This document shows positions 40,363 to 52,559 of a stretch of 64,000 bases of DNA, piece by piece. The stretch is from contig JALDZX010000006.1 of NCBI GenBank assembly GCA_022813865.1, forward strand, positions 124,001-188,000. Reading direction: 5' to 3'. A model generated the notes under the pieces. That model saw nothing but the letters and a program-made list of their open reading frames with translations, was not told the DNA's origin and did no database searches. This stretch comes from Xylographa opegraphella. Lineage: Eukaryota. Positions within the stretch are counted from its first letter, which is position 1, and each line of letters starts with the position of its first letter. Made by a program: the position numbers and the translations under genes.

Positions 40363-42009
40363 ACCGAAGCCGAAGCGGAAATGAGACCACGCTGGACAAA
40401 CAGCTTCGTTATGACCGTCATATCAATGAGCTCTTGACCAAGGTATCCTTTGTTAAGAGTCGTGCGTGTGTATCACAGAAATGTAGCTATTGCAACCATT
40501 GACGACAAGGATCTCGGGATCAGCTATCATTGTGCGATTAACTTCTCACATGCCTTCTTTGTGGACCACTGTGTCGAGCAGTCGACACTGCTACCTTGGG
40601 CCGTTGACATACGAGACTATTAGCTCCAGCCATCATTTATCTTGCTTTTATAGTTCCTAGTCCCATCGCTTTCTTGAGCACAGTTCGGGCTCGATCTTGC
40701 CGGCATGTTGTCAACGTCGTACCGCCTCCAGGGAACCAAAGTAAGTGTCTCGGGCTGTGCAACTAACTCTGCTAAATTTGTGGTCATGTTGTTGATTTAG
40801 GGGGATGTTTCGCCGCCAGGAATGCTGAGAGACAAATTGAATGAGAGGAATACTTTTCGAAGGTGTGGTGAAATTGGGAGCGAAGCTCAGGGACGATGGG
40901 ATGGGATGAATTGGGAGCCGGGAACTTGTTGATCTTGTAGCATATTGGGACTACTTCGTTCGAGATTAACTTGCTCATGTGGAGGCTATTTAAGACTACT
41001 GAAATCGTGCCATATTGCGTTGTCGTCGATAGGTCGGCTCTCAAGCCGATACGGCGTATTCTGGCATCAATGTCAATATTGATGCCTTCTCTTCAAACAT
41101 CTTCTGGCGGTGAAGGAGTGCCGGAAGATGGAAGGCGAATCCGTATATCATGAGACGGAACTCAAGTTGATGGTGGAGGAAGCACCTATTCGTTTGCTGT
41201 ACCAGTTCTTTACTGCTAAGGATCACTTTCATAACTCGAGCCTCCTGAAGTTCCGATACTAGTCAGGTCTACTTACCTCCTACTGAAGAATACTGCTTCA
41301 TACACAGTGAGCGCTGATATTCGTTCGCAGGTGTGTATGACAACGGCGACGTGTATGACTATGATCTTTTGCAGATTTAAGGCACTGAAGAGATATTAGC
41401 AATATCTCGAATCAACAAGTTAGCGCCGTGCAAACTTGTTGCTATACTAGGCTTTGGTTTGGGCTGTGCTCATCTATATGTTCATAACGCCTGATCACCT
41501 CCTTAGCAAACTTCAAGGCATCTCTTGAAGTTCTACGCACTGCACTTCTTTTCCACATGCTGTTCGCTATAGGCATATCAAGAAAATAAAGAATCATCAG
41601 TGGGAGAGAACTGGAAGCTGAACGGCAATTCTCTTCAGTCGTTTTTCACGCAGAAAGGAATCATCGACATCCATTTCAGAATATCAACGTCAGCGCTGAT
41701 GAAGAGAGGTATTCATTAGACATGATAAAAACTGGAAACGTGAGACTTGACCTTAGAATCAGAGGACAACAAACCACACGCAGCGATCCGAAAACCAGAA
41801 GCACGAGGCCTTCTTCTTGTCCATATTGCATATCAGACTCGTATGCCCGGTTATCGAGCTCAACATGTGCAGGTTTCCTTCGTATATACAGCACTTCCAT
41901 GCAAGCAACAAGGAGGTTAGAAAATCGCATCAACAAGTCTGCCTGCATTTTAGACTACCCGCCGCGGAACTATTTCCGCATCCCTCTCTACCAACACTGT
42001 GCAATCAAC

Positions 42010-42808
42010 ATGTTGATAAACGAGAAAACAGGTACGCCACTGGTGTCCTTACAATATTGCTTGTCGCTGATCCTGTTGATGCTATAGCTATATCGACCTC
42101 TAAAATCCTTCTGGTCCCATATGAGAGCCATCATGTCCCCACGTATCATGAGTGGATGAAAGATGCCGTAAATCTACCCTCTAGCATTGATATATCCCTG
42201 TACTGAGCAACAGCTAGGAAATCCAGGAAGCTACGGCTTCTGAGCCGCTATCTATCGAGGAAGAGTACGCCATGCAGCTGAGCTGGCGCCAGGATCCCGA
42301 CAAGCTCACATTCATCGTTTGCCTTCCCACCTCACCCCCGGCCTCCGGCATTGTTACTGCTGGTAGGGAAGACAGCGACGCCCGTATGCTCGGCGACGTG
42401 AATCTCTTCCTCACGACTCCCGACACCCAGGACTTTGTCATTGGCGAAATCGAGCTTATGATCGCTGTGAAATCTCAGCAGGGGCATGGCTACGGGCGGG
42501 CTGGGTTGCTGGCTTTCTTGACGTATGTTGCTGAGCACGAAGCAGGGTTGCTGGAGGAATTTGAGAGGGAGAGGATGGTAGAAGGGGGTTTGAGTTTGAA
42601 GGAGTTGAGAGTCAAGATAGGCGAGAAAAATGTGAGGAGTATTGCACTGTTCGAGAGCGTAGGTTTTACCAAGGTTGAAGGAGGGGAGGAAGAGGGGGAG
42701 AACTATTTCGGAGAGATTGAGCTGACAATGGGCAAGAGGTGGAGGGAAAGGGTGGGGGAGCGGGTGGATGGATATAGAGAGCTCGAATACCGGAGCACGT
42801 ATCAATGA
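42010..42808 (+). CDS. NAT9-like GNAT N-acetyltransferase, 3 exons
   Basis: MLINEKT|AISTSKILLVPYESHHVPTYHEWMKD|EIQEATASEPLSIEEEYAMQLSWRQDPDKLTFIV, MLGDVNLFL, GEIELMIA. Confidence 0.9.
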
Positions 42809-43048
42809 AGAGTTGTGGAAGGAGACGAGCTACTTTCGGGATTGTTCGCGCCTTTACTTGAAGTTCTCGCGATCTCGACTATCAAAAGTGTTTGTGAAAT
42901 AATCTGCCAAATTCTTGGAGCAGTACTTGATTGAACCTGAGAGTATCAAGTTCAATACCCGTGTAGCGTTTCGCTGAAATCACTTGTCCTAAGCTCATAT
43001 GGGTCCCTCGGGGGCAAGCCCAATTTCATAAATATCCTCCATGCACAT

Positions 43049-43472
43049 CTAAGCCACCCTCTTCCCCTTCTTGTTCTTCTTTGGAGTATCTGTGATCGTG
43101 TTTGCAAGCGCTGGACGTCCACAGATCAGCAACCATAGTTCATTGATCACTAAACGTATCCCAGCACTCAACAGCACTTACCTGGTGGTAAACTTTGCTT
43201 CAACTTATCCGCCTTATCCGAATCCTTGAGCACCAGCGTATACAGGTGGCGATGGCACCGTAGCTTGAATTTGATCTGGCCAGTTTTACGATTGCGCTTT
43301 ATCCGCGCAGCTAGTATCAACCGTCAGCAGCGATTTTAATATACCTTTCCTCCATGCTGTCGGAAAGCCACTGCCAAGTATTCATGTGGCAGTTTTAGGA
43401 TAACTCACATGAGGCATCCTTCCGCCGTGAGTACTCAATGAACTGCTTGATATCCGACACTTCGCGAGGCAT
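43049..43472 (-). CDS. RPL38: 60S ribosomal protein L38, 3 exons (absent from the ORF track)
   Basis: [84 protein letters not shown]. Confidence 0.96.
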
Positions 43473-43838
43473 GCTGGGCGAATGTAGTCAGCTTGTGACA
43501 AGGTAGAATGTTGGGCGCAAATACTTGGCTACCTAATCGTGGAAATTGTGTGAGGTTGCTTAGCGAAACGCGAAAACCCTTAGCGTTGTAGGGCTGGCGA
43601 GACTGCGAAGCCACGTGGCGCAGCCGCGTGTTGCATTGAGCTGCGAGTCCCTGAGATATCATAAAGAGGAACGAGCACCTCGTGAGCCATGTTGTTATGA
43701 TAATAATACTAAGCATTGAAATTCGGACATCTCTATTCATTTTGTCGTTGCGTACGGCTAAAATATAATACTTTGTCTCGAGAGTCAAGCTCGGATTAAA
43801 TCTACAAATATATATACTTCTTGAAGCTCAAGGTCAAT

Positions 43839-44333
43839 ATGCCTACTCCTCTAGATCGAGCTTTGAACTCCAGAGTAAGTGGTGCCACTTGCGGACTTCT
43901 GTCTAAGTTATGCTAATTAGCTCTATCAGAATGCATTTATGGGTTTGCCACCCCCTTAACCCAACGTCAGTATTAGCTAACAAGATTCTAGGCTTCGCAG
44001 GCATAGTCACCGCAGTGGCTGCTTGGAGTATCTGGGGCAGTGACATTTTTCCGGCGGAGAAAGATCCCACAGGAGGTAGTTGTTCTCTCAATGGTGTTAG
44101 CAGTCCTACCATTTAACATTTCCCAGACCCAGCAATGTGGGCTGATTCGGAGCTTAAACATTGGCTTGAAGTGGTTAGAGCTTTCTTATATCGTCTTCTT
44201 GGCTACTAGTGATTATGAAGTACTGATGGTGTGTCTATTAAAGCGAGGCCTTCTACCAAATGGCAAGGCTACGAGAAACGAGCTATTGGAGCGAGTCAAG
44301 GCGAATATGCGACCACCTCCAAGAGCATTGTGA
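43839..44333 (+). CDS. Small (89 aa) single-pass membrane protein with a SAP/LEM-like helical C-terminus, 5 exons
   Basis: Exons 43839-43874, 43930-43942, 43992-44075, 44127-44173, 44244-44333 join to MPTPLDRALNSRNAFMGFAGIVTAVAAWSIWGSDIFPAEKDPTGDPAMWADSELKHWLEVRGLLPNGKATRNELLERVKANMRPPPRAL*. Confidence 0.8.
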
Positions 44334-44639
44334 GCATTGGCCATATCTAGTAATTGAGATGTTTTTTTTAAAGGCGCGTGCGTTGATAAGCTTCCGTTTG
44401 CAGGTGGATATGGAAATTTAATCTCAATGTCGCTCAAGAAGTAAATCATCAAAGTCCTAAATGCTACTGTCTGCACGTTGTTCGTTACCATTCTGATCTT
44501 GGGAGTCGGGTTTCTTTAAGCGCCGTCACCCGAATCGTCTCATGCGAATGCGATGAATGGACCCCGTTAACAATCTCCTGATCGAGTGCCTCAATTTTCA
44601 CTTTACCGAGTCTGTCGCGCGGGAGACGCCTTCTTTATT

Positions 44640-46908
44640 TACTATCGTCCTCGATCCCATCCTATTTAGCGTTAGTATAGACAGTAAAGCATAATCGAAC
44701 ACAAGCTTACAAGATACTCCTCTTCTGCGTCGTAGTCGGCTGCTATGGAGTTGAGAATTTCCCATCGCTCTTGCTCAAGTGCTTCGTATTGTTCGTTGAG
44801 GATGCGCTAACTTGTCATTAGAACTTCCCAAAATACTTGTGTCCAACAGCGTACCTCATGTTCTTCTCGCTTGCGGCTTGCTTCTTCGACGCGGCGTGCA
44901 CTGTCTGCTTTCCTCGCAGCCAGCCTTTTCAAGTCAGCCTTGAGAGCCTCGATATCAATTTTGCGGCGTTTAATTGCTTTCACACTGTCTTCAGGGCGGG
45001 GCGATGCTTGTAGTTCTTCCTTGGTAAGTTTTGGTGATCCGAAAGACCGTTTGAGGACGTCTTGTGTCCTTGGGAATGGTGCCAGCTGATCGGAATTGAT
45101 GTTACTGGTCAAATTTAATGAATTTCTCGGTCGTGTATCTGACCGGAGAATACGGACAGACTTTAATCTCTCTGTAGAATCTGGAGTCAAAAAGAGAGGA
45201 GTATGAAGTCCTTCGTCGGCTCCACTGTCTTGGGTAGGCATCGAAGCTACAGGGCTGGGACTAGAGCCTTCAGTAGCCGATGATCGTGGATGGCGTAGTT
45301 CATCCAAAGGGAAACTCCAAGGCCGGCTTATGCCCAGGTGCGGAGGTATCTTTCTACCCACTGGTAGTATTTCTTCATTGCCGAACATAGATTTTGTGTT
45401 TACAGAGGACAATGCTGATGTCTTCGGAGTCGCAAGGAATGAAACGGCACTTTCTGCTTCCATCTGCTCAATTAGTGGAATCTCCGGCTTACCTGCAACG
45501 ATCGCTACAGGTCCGCTAAGTCCATGCCCATGTCCAAGTCCACCGCCTTCAATTACATGAGTCTCATTTGTCGTACCAATCCTACCACTAAAAGAACCAT
45601 CTGCGACATGGTTGCTATCAATACGATTTTCAAGGGCTTCCGATGCATGTACTGTGGAATATTTCATATTCTGGTTTGTTCCCGCCAATAATATCTGACT
45701 CGTAGCCTCTGGGTTCTGTGATACATTTCGAAGCGGGCTCTCCTTGAAATCAATGGACCCATATGTGCCACAGGAGCCGTGAGGATGTCTTGTAAAGCGA
45801 TTCCCTCAAGAGAAGAAACGATGTTTCGCTCATTCGCATCTAAGACGTTACCTAGCTCCGGAGTACTCAACTCGTTCACTCTGGTACCCTCTGTCGAAAC
45901 CTGGATCCCTCCAACAGCAGCTGCTGCAATCTGTGGTTTGGATGCTGTGGAGGAAATCCTGCCAAGTATGTCTCTGTCATTCCCCGTCCCATCTTCTCCA
46001 GATTTAGGCTGCTCTTCGTCTGATATTTCAGCATTCGCGGGGACAGGAGAAATGGTATGTGTACTCAGCATTTCAGCGTCATTTAGAGATTCTAATTGGG
46101 TAAGATAAGGAGCGAGCAATCTCAAATGTGAGAGTGCTCACTCTGTCCTCGATACAGAAATCTGAACACGGCCCAAGGAGCTAACCCCAGTCGATCCCTA
46201 GCGAAGTTCGAGCGTAACGCCTTCCTCTTACTCTCGCTTAGCTCTTCGAATGCTGACGGCCTGGGTTTCGTCAGTAAAGAAGATCCTCTAGGACCTCTAC
46301 GAGGAAGAATACACATACACAATCTTGTGGGTAGGCTCAATACCCGCAGTTCCAGCTATTAGGTCGGAATCCTCCAAATTGGGCTGCTCGTTGTAGTCTG
46401 GTACCTTATTTTGGTGTTTGAAGTTTGGCGTGGAGTTTGAGTTTGCCTTGAAGACTCTGATGTCGATCGTACCAACAGTGGTCTGTGCGGCCGGCGGATC
46501 AAAGAGATCTAATGGCGAATATAAGCTTCGGGTGATCAAGATGGAAAATCTGAAACACGAACAACTTAATCCCGGTGCTAGCTCTGCCAGCTTCAAGGGG
46601 CTACGATAAGGTTTCCTTCTTCCGCCCTTCCAAATTCCATGCTCGAAGGTATGAGCCCTGAGTACTCTTAATTTCTTTCGCCATGTCACTGTGTCTCTGA
46701 GGATACCATCGATAACCAAGTCTGCTTGACAGTCATCATGAAGGCCTTCCAGCCCTAGAAATACTTCCATTATTTGTTCCTTATCAACAGATATAAAGCA
46801 CTCTCGAATGTTGGCATGACATGTCGTTTTCAACTCTGGGCAACGGACGTTATCAAGGTAGCATATCACCTCGGCCGCGGGACCTGTAGAACATTTCTGA
46901 TATCGCAT
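44640..46908 (-). CDS. Hypothetical protein: beta-rich N-terminal domain, long disordered middle, C-terminal coiled coil; possibly frameshifted; 3' end approximate
   Basis: Consecutive ORFs 46297-46908, 46122-46340 and 45664-46125 are joined by canonical introns (DLVIDGILR, VGTIDIRVF, WAVFRFLYR); ORF 44807-45688 follows in another frame. Confidence 0.6.
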
Positions 46909-48037
46909 GGCGTATACAAAAGAGCCAAGAGCCTGGTTTCAGAGTGCTTCCTGGTGCCCTCGGCAATCTTCCGGGTGAGATTCGAGATAAGTAGAACAGC
47001 GAGTATTACTCGTAGCACTTTCTTGAAATACTGTGGTCAGTGATGCAGTTTATCGAATCTCAGAGCTGCTCCTCAAGTCCAATGATAAAGAACAATATTA
47101 AATCTCTTCCATTATGAGAAGCTCCCACATAGGTCTGGATAAGAAAGTTCAAAATACGAGACTCTGAAGGCAGAAAGCACACCAATAGAAGCCTCAGGGC
47201 ATAATATTGCTTTACGGCAATTTGGACGTTCTTAAAAGTTCTAATCTGGAACTGTCCCGTCGTAGCTGTGATTGAAGCAGTGTAAGTTGAGGTGAAGAGT
47301 TCATCAGGATCGGACGAGATGGAAACGATCGAAAGTGACGAGATGAATGTGAATACTGAAAATAAACGCTAACGCCAACGATAATAAGGTCTTTCTCCAC
47401 TTGCACACAACTCCACCATTGTGTTTTGAGGATATTCACTGACACCGTCAGGACAAGTCAAACCGGCATTGCCATACCAAGGCGTTATTGTGGGCTGGGT
47501 GAGCCATATCAATGGATGCGCAAAGCCAACGATATAGACGCTTCTATACCTACAAGAAGCATTTCGAGTAGTAACATATGGCTTCCGTTGGAGCATGAAT
47601 GTTCGCTTCCCTCAAGTTGACTCTGACCGCATATAAGCAATAAATTCACAGAATTGAGGTGACTGGCTTAACAATCTCATTTTGTTCTCATATCACAATA
47701 GCACTTGTGAGATCAAGTAAGATACCAAAGGAAGAATCATGTTCAGCTTCAGAGTTCGCATTGTAGGCTGATGCCAAATAAACCGAAAGACATCGCGTGC
47801 ACGAAACCCTGTCGTAGTGAGCAAACTCGATCCGAGCATGGTAAAACTGAAAGAAAGTAGAAACAATTCTGAAGGCCCTTGTAGGCCTGGCTATACTTCG
47901 GAAATGACACAGGCTGAATAATCTCATGTAACACATTTGAACTCATCCTCTCATCATCCTCTGGGAGCTTGGGCCACACCTTATATTTTTGCTATACCTC
48001 GGTTTCCATTCTTTCTCAGCATGTCGCAGCATCTCTA

Positions 48038-50138
48038 ATGAAGTCCAGACTATTATGGAGCAATATTCTGAGATCCGCTTCGGAAGGTCAACTTACTTGT
48101 GCTGCTCAACCAAGGTTGTGGCGTCGCTGCAGCTCTTCCAATATCAGGAGTTACCCAACTCCTCCTAATACAGGCTATTTAAAGCCGTACTATGTCACGA
48201 GCCCTATTTTCTACGTCAATGCCGGTACGCATGTCGTGGCTTTGGTCAGTGTGCCGAAACTTATCATGAATTAGCTCCACATATTGGGCATCTCTATACC
48301 CTAATTCTTACGGATGTTCTGAAGCGATGGCAGGTTCTGCAGGGCAGGAAGGCCATACTGTGCACAGGGACAGACGAACATGGTATGAAGGTGTGTGGTA
48401 TATCACACGCGAAGCAGAGAGTTGGACTGAGCACCACAAGATTGAGAGAGCTGCTTCAAAAGCAGGTCAAGACGTCAAAGCTTTTTGCGACCAAAACTAC
48501 AAGTCGTTCGAGGTACATCATTTTCTGGATCTAGAAGAATAATACAAATGCGCTGACACCATCAAGGTATTGGCCAAGCGCGCAAGTATCGACAATGACC
48601 ATTTTATAAGGACATCGGAGCCTGATCACCGATTTGCTGTCCAGCACTTTTGGGTAAGTATCCACGTGAAGGTACACTGTCATTACATATAAAGGCTGAC
48701 TCGCTTTAGTTGATGCTCAAAGAAAGAGGACATATCTATGCTTCAAAGCATGAGGGGTGGTACGCGGTCAGCGACGAGACGTTTTATCCTGCTTCCGCGG
48801 TCCAATTAACCCTGGACCCCTCTACAGGAAGGAAGGTTATGGTAGGATCTGACTATTTGGCTTGACGAAAATACTAAATTTAACGCAGGCTTCTGTAGAA
48901 ACAGGTAAAGAGGTGGAGTGGACTTCGGAGAATAATTATCATTTCCGCCTCTCTGTCTTCAAAGATCAACTCCTGGAGTACTATGAGAGTAATCCAAACT
49001 TCGTGGTCCCCGCGGCTCGTATGAATGATGTCGTCCAGGCTGTAAAATCTGGCTTAGAGGATTTATCTGTCTCGCGTCCTATCGAGAGACTTCGCTGGGG
49101 AATACCTGTACCCGATGATGACACGCAAACAATCTACGTGTGGCTCGACGCTCTGATAAATTACCTAACCAAGGCCAATTATCCATTCCAAATCCCCGGC
49201 AAGGAAGATACTTCTGCCTGGCCTGCAGACTGTCATGTGATAGGAAAGGATATTGTTAGGTGTGGAGAAATCTCTGGTATCAGTTCGAGGTTCTTCTAAT
49301 AAACCGTAGGTTTCACTGCATCTACTGGCCAGCTTTTCTCATGGCTCTGGATCTTCCACTCCCACGTCAAGTTCTGACACATGCCCATTGGACATTGGGC
49401 AATGAAAAGATGTCCAAGTCAACCGGAAACGTGGTGAATCCCTTTTTCGCACTTGATCGTTTCGGAGTCGAAGCAATGCGATACTACCTTATCCATGATG
49501 GCGGTATCCAGGACGATGCGGACTATGACAACGCCTACATCATCGACCGATACAGAAAGGGCCTCCAGAGAGGCCTCGGCAATCTCGCAAGTCGGATTGT
49601 CCGCGGTAAAGGCTGGAGCATCAAGCTGTCGGTTGAGGAGCAAGCGGTGACCGGGAAGGCACCGGCGGAAGGAAGCGCGGCTGCATCGCATCGTATACTG
49701 CTTATGAGCCTTCCGGAAAAGGTAGCTGCGAAGTTTGAAGCACTGAATTCTGGCGCTGCACTGAAAGAAATCATGAATGCGGTCTACGCGGTAAGATTTA
49801 ATGCTACGCAAGCGGATTGTACTGACCAATTGATCCAGACAAATCGCTATATGCAGCAAGCACATCCTTGGCACCTGGCTGGTAATCCGCAAGAATTGGA
49901 GAATCTCGACAGCATAATTTATTTGTGCGCAGAGTCTTTGCGAATCTGCGGCATTCTCCTCCAACCGTACATGCCAGATACGATGAAAAAACTGCTCGAC
50001 ATGTTGGGTGTCTCGCCCGAGGCCCGAAAGTATGAGAATACGCTACTCGGCTCTGATATCAGTTATGGAGAGCCACTGATTGACCTTGGCAATGGATTGC
50101 AAGGCGTGCTTTTCCCTCCTCTTCGTAGCAATAGCTAG
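48038..50138 (+). CDS. MSM1: Mitochondrial methionyl-tRNA synthetase, multi-exon
   Basis: Presequence; YYVTSPIFYVNA|PHIGH, TGTDEHG, YVWLDALINY, IGKDIVRFHCIYWPAFL, KMSKS. Confidence 0.95.
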
Positions 50139-50179
50139 CTATTTGTATCAGTCAATAACTCTCACAGCTTATCCAAAAT

Positions 50180-50201
50180 AATAGGGAAGCAATAGGGAAG
50201 C
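50180..50201 (+). repeat. Perfect 11-bp tandem duplication (AATAGGGAAGC x2) in the MSM1 3' flank
   Basis: Read directly from the sequence. Confidence 0.8.
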
Positions 50202-50995
50202 ATTGTGAACATAGCTGAAACATCCTACGCTCAACGTCAGAAACATACAGTTGTAATGGGTAGGCCTGTCCAGTAACTTGTTCGCCAGAGTCACTTTGTT
50301 GCCTCGCTCAGCCTCGGTAGGGGCTTTGGATCTGAATGGGCGCTAAGCCGATACGGGCTAGCTGTATCCGACTAACAGGCTATTGTCTGCTCTGACTTTA
50401 AACCACACGGGACAACGAGGGGTTTACCTACTGAGATAAATGGACAATTGATGTTGGAGATACCCAGAAGTACATGATATGTGTAGAACCCACATGTAGA
50501 TCCCAGTTGGAGGTACGTCGCGTTATCCACTAATTCTCCGAGCTTGTTAGTCAGTAAACCACTAGCCCGAATGGTCTTAGTGTGCCGCATCTGCGAAACG
50601 AAAGGAGTCTTTTTGGCGAGGTATGCCTCAGATGGTTATGATTCTGACACTTCTTCCATGTCCACGCGTCGACTTTCTGGCTCTTTCTCCAGCCTTACAT
50701 ATCAGAATCAATAGATACTAGCTTTTCGCACTTTTCAAGGAAAAAGATAGACTTTCTGTTTGGCCACATTATCATTTACTCTGCGAATCAGTTTTGCATT
50801 GAAAATCTGTGGATCGTTTTTGAACGATACGGCCATATATATACTTATAGAAGGCTTTCCGACCCTCTGATGCCTATTAGCACCTAGATTTTACACTATA
50901 CTTGGTACATACTGGCAAACACTTATTGCAAATCCACCTGCCTTCTTCATCGCCGATTACCTCTCCGTCGAAAATCTACATAAACCTTCTTCAAC

Positions 50996-52208
50996 ATGGG
51001 AAGCATGCCCGAGCGCGAGCTGCCCCAACCTTGGATCGAAACCCCTCTGATCGAGTCCGCCGCTCTGTCCCAAGCGGCCGGATGGTACGTGCCCTTCCCC
51101 CAACATATCACAACCCTCCGCCCCTCCGCATGCCTCCCACCCACCAGCTAACACCCCCCCCTCCACAGCCGCATATTCCTCAAACTCGAGAACCTGCAGC
51201 CCTCCGGCTCCTTCAAATCCCGGTACGCCTCTCCCCTGCCCCCCTCTCATCTGCCTCACCCCTCATACTAACCAACCCCCCCCTTGCACTTCCAGCGGCA
51301 TTGGCAACCTTATCCTTAGTAGTATTCGCGCGCGGCCCACTGCCCCGCTGCACTTCTACTCCTCCTCAGGCGGCAACGCCGGCCTGGCGTGCGTGACGGC
51401 CGCGCGCTCGCTCGCCTACCGCGCCACGGTCGTGGTCCCGCGCTCGACCTCCGCCTTCATGATCGCCAAGCTCCGCGCCGCAGGCGCCACCGCCGTGGTG
51501 CAAGCGGGTGCCAGCTGGGCGGAAGCGGACGCGCACCTGCGCGACAAGGTGCTGGCGCGCGACCCGGACGGGGTGTACGTGCCGCCGTTCGACCACCCGG
51601 CGGTGTGGACGGGAGCGAGCAGCATGGTGCGGGAGATGAAGGCGCAGCTCGGGAGCGAGCGGCCCGACGCCGTGGTGTGCAGCGTCGGGGGCGGGGGCCT
51701 GTTCTGCGGGATCGTGGAGGGCCTGCGGAGGGAGGGGTGGAGCGGGGTGAAGGTGCTGGCGTGCGAGACAGAGGGGGCGGCGAGCCTGAGGGGGAGTTTG
51801 GATGCCGGGGAGCTGGTGACTCTGGAGGCGATCACGAGCATTGCGTCGTCGTTGGGGGCGAAGCGCGTCGCCGCGCGTGCGTTTGAGTATGCGCGTCAAG
51901 AGGGCGTGAGCAGTGTGGTGCTGAGCGATGCGCAGGCCGCAAGGGCCTGTTGGCGCCTGGCGGACGACGAGCGGCTGATGGTCGAGCCGGCGTGCGGGGT
52001 CAGTGTGGCGGTGTGCTACGAGGAAGAGCTGTTGAGGGGACTTGTGCAGGGTCTGGGGAAAGAAGGGAGGGTCGTCATCGTGCTGTGTGGGGGGAGCAAT
52101 GTCAGTCTAGAGATGCTGATGGGGTGGAGGGAGAGGTTTGGGGGAGTGGAGGCAGTGGTGGATGGGGCGGCGGACGTGCCGAGTGGGGTGACGGCGCCGA
52201 AAGGGTAG
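50996..52208 (+). CDS. L-serine/threonine dehydratase (fold-type II PLP enzyme, Cha1-like), 3 exons
   Basis: PWIETPL, IFLKLENLQPSGSFKSRGIG, SSSGGNAG, VPPFDHP, CSVGGGGL, MVEPACG, VLCGGSNV. Confidence 0.92.
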
Positions 52209-52559
52209 TGTGCTCTGGGAAAGTTGATGGCGAGACGGTCTTGGGTGTGTCTGAATGATGGGGCGTGTGGAAGTGGCATTTGATGTGGTGGGATAGATGA
52301 ATATCAGTTGTACCTTGTTACAGAACGACATGGAATGGAGAGATCCTTACAGCACCGGATACAAGAAAGCCCTTGAGACACGCCTGTTTATCAATGATCG
52401 TTATCGGATAGGGGTACTAGCTTCCTGCTCTCTTAGACAGCCATCGATTCAACTCATCAATTGGTGAAGCGCACATGAACTAACCATCCGGGTATTATAG
52501 AACGCCCCAAACTCCTTCGATACCTCACAGAACTCTTCCGCAACTGCTTATCCCCCATT

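Noticed and set aside
43311..43344. Alternative 5' splice site AAG|GTATAT inside the RPL38 intron (possible poison isoform)
   Set aside because: It would leave a 34-nt intron, shorter than any other intron seen here.
47050..47980. Short ORFs between the orphan gene and MSM1
   Set aside because: No recognisable motif, codon bias or consistent splice chain.
48021..48040. Five-codon uORF (ATGTCGCAGCATCTCTAA) overlapping the MSM1 ATG
   Set aside because: The transcription start is unknown and such a short ORF is easily chance; no conservation evidence is available.
50136..50196. Stop-codon readthrough context TAG CTA after MSM1
   Set aside because: The extension ends in ..GKQ with no targeting signal, and the stop is not the TGA CTA readthrough consensus.
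51366..52331. Several long overlapping ORFs on both strands
   Set aside because: Artefacts of high GC content within the serine dehydratase gene.
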